Below are positions 61,843 through 64,000 of a stretch of 64,000 nucleotides of DNA, piece after piece. The first letter of the stretch is position 1; each line of letters starts with the position of its first letter. Below the pieces are notes generated by a model. The model worked only from the letters and a program-made list of their open reading frames with translations. It had not been told where the DNA came from and did no database searches. The stretch lies in NCBI GenBank assembly GCA_964106915.2, contig OZ066928.1; one strand, given 5' to 3'. A program made the translations under genes and the position numbers. This DNA is from Podarcis gaigeae (taxonomy: Eukaryota).

Positions 61843-63763
61843 TCTGCCTAAGAGGCTCTGCTGGATGAGTTGTGGGGGCTGGGCTGAAAATTGTAGCAAG
61901 TCTTCTGCCCTAGAGTGGTTTGATGTGTTTGGTGACTCCAAGTGTCTTTGTCCTTAGGGTGGAAAGAACAGAGGCATAAGCCTACCTCCTTTAATATTTA
62001 GGTAAGGCAGCGCTGGATGGTCCCCTTTTTCTGAAGGGTACTTGAATTGTACTTCCAAGAAGCAGCTACCAGTTTGTGGGCTGAAGGAGTAAATACAGAC
62101 ACACCCTGTGATAGATATGTTTTTCAGCGGGGGGGGGAGGGGGGATCGTGAGTTCTTATGGGGAGAAAGCACTGGATAATTATAAGCTCTTAATATTTGT
62201 TAGTCCATCTGTGATTTTTTAAAACTGTATTGTTTAACATTGGATACTTGCCTTCTGTTCTTCTTACCCTCTAGCTGACCATTTTCACCCCTAAACTTGT
62301 TTGACTGTTGTGAGTGAAGTCGCTTTCCTGATTTAAAATGGGTGAAGGCTGCTGCTACAGAATATGGCAATCGCCTCTGTGCCTCTGCCCAGGCTGAGTT
62401 CCTGTCCCCGACAACCCAACCCACCCTTTGTGGAAAGTATGTGCTTAGACTAGAAAGGCTAAACTTGCATGCCCTAGTTGTCTTTGTTTTCTTCTGGGCC
62501 TTTCTCTCATGTTGTTCCTCTCATCTGAAGTGGCATCCGTTTTTCTGTCCAGCAGCCAGCCAGGCTCCCCCTCTTCTGCTTTGTATGGCTTCCAGACTTG
62601 TTCCTGGAGCCTCCCTCTGCCACACCTGACTGTTCCTGTCCTCACCTGCAGTGTCTCTTTGTTTCCTTTACGTCCTCAGTCCTTGACCTCACCCTCAAGC
62701 CCTTCCTTCCATGACACTGACTGCAAGCTCTTGGGCCTGGGCCAGTATCTCACCCTGCATTGTGGATGCTGCTTGAAGTCCTGTAGGCACTTGTGAGATA
62801 ATTCAGGTGTCCTGTTACAGGTGGTGAGGTGGGTGGAGTTGGCATAACTGGGCCCCTACCACACCTCCAAGACATCAGAGCTCTTAAAGGCGCAGGAACC
62901 CAAGGTGGTTAGCAGATTGTTACCCTGAGTCCTCCCAAGCTGACTTTTGGGATTACACCTTTGAGGAGGGAAGAACACTTGAGCAGTCAAATAATGGTTA
63001 AATATTTATTATTGTGATTTATAGCATACCATCAGTGTCACCCTGCAGTCAGGCCTGTATAGCAGGATAGGAGTCTCTTTCAGGCCAACCCTGGGCTACC
63101 TGTCCCTCTGCAGCATTTTCTTTGCAGACTACTGTGGCCTGAGAGCTGGAAGCAGGAAATGGAACAGGGATTCTCCTGAGGGAGTTTCTCTCACTTCTGT
63201 TGTGAGGCTGAACTGTAATGGAGGGTGATACGTGCTGCCATGACTGGGAAGGAATAGCATTCGATTTTGCATAAAGCTAAGGGGGCATCCAGGGGGGCGT
63301 TGCCCCAGGCGCACAGTTTGGGGGGCACAAACCAGCCCCCTCCCCACATAGATCCCCATTGCAGCCTGCTGGTGGCGGGAGCTGCATAGCAGGAAGCGTG
63401 AAGATGACCTTCCACATGCCCCACCCAGCACACAAGCGCTCTCCCATCCACGGCCAGAGGCCCCCAACCGGTGGGCCAGTGCTTCTGCACCTCCTGCCCC
63501 TGCTTTGCGCTCAAGAGCTCTCCTGGCGGGGGCAGGAGGTGTGGAGGGGGAAGAGCACCCTCTGCGCCTCACCTGGAGTGCATGCGCTGTTCCTCGCCTG
63601 GGGCCTCTGCTGGCACTTGCCCACAGGAGCCACATCCACTCATTCTTGGTGCCATGAGAAGGAAAAAGGAAAGCAGGAGAGTGCCACAAGCTGAGACCCT
63701 CTCCCGCCCCACTCCCACACACCTTGTTTGTTCTCCCATCCTCTTTGGCCAAGTTCACACATA

Positions 63764-63989
63764 CAGTGGTACCTTGGGTTAAGTACATAATTCGTTCTGG
63801 AGGTCCGTTCTTAACCTGACACTGTTCTTAACCTGAAGCACCACTTTAGCTAACGGGGCCTCCTGCTGCTGCCGTGCCGCCGGAGCACAATTTCTGTTCT
63901 TATCCTGAAGCAAAGTTCTTAACATGAAGCACTATTTCTGGGTTAGTGGAGTCTGTAACCTGAAGCATCTGTAACCCAAGGTACCACTG
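63764..63989. mobile_element. Tc1/mariner-type MITE, family A (opposite orientation)
   Basis: TIRs and TA TSD. Confidence 0.85.
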
Positions 63990-64000
63990 TAATACTAAGC

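Noticed and set aside
61750-61920. SECIS element in the ZBTB26 3' UTR
   Set aside because: ATGA starts exist and one partial helix can form, but the 3' GA of the quartet is not correctly placed by eye.
63129-63788. 219-aa minus-strand ORF downstream of ZBTB26
   Set aside because: Starts inside a MITE, has no domain, and overlapping frames are equally open; not ZBTB6.
1-64000. CRISPR arrays, rRNA or prokaryotic operons
   Set aside because: The sequence is eukaryotic, and the recurring short repeats are MITE TIRs and SINE/LINE tails.

Overview
Vertebrate genomic DNA, very likely a lacertid lizard, judged from Sauria-type SINEs and squamate MITE/L2/CR1 fragments. It covers the ZBTB26-RABGAP1-GPR21 syntenic block. 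RABGAP1 runs on the minus strand from a CpG island at ~58.1-58.3 kb through coding exons 2-13 (600 codons; all junctions GT-AG and phase-consistent). The window ends inside intron 13, and exon 14 is not present. GPR21 (353 aa, intronless CDS) is nested in intron 13 on the same strand with its own CpG island. ZBTB26 (447 aa, one coding exon) is head-to-head on the plus strand. The main unexplained signal is in RABGAP1 intron 13. Exon 13 ends in phase 0, and several AG acceptors (13795, 11384, 10041, 9300, 8026) each open a long phase-0 reading frame, four of them right after an in-frame stop. Two of these frames look paralogous to each other, and the last runs without a stop into GPR21, predicting a possible RABGAP1-GPR21 fusion. 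Also seen: chained uORFs before GPR21, a TGA aligned to a Cys near the ZBTB26 C-terminus, and a KRAB-A relic in the ZBTB26 intron. All comparisons to human proteins are from memory, and all hypotheses are untested.
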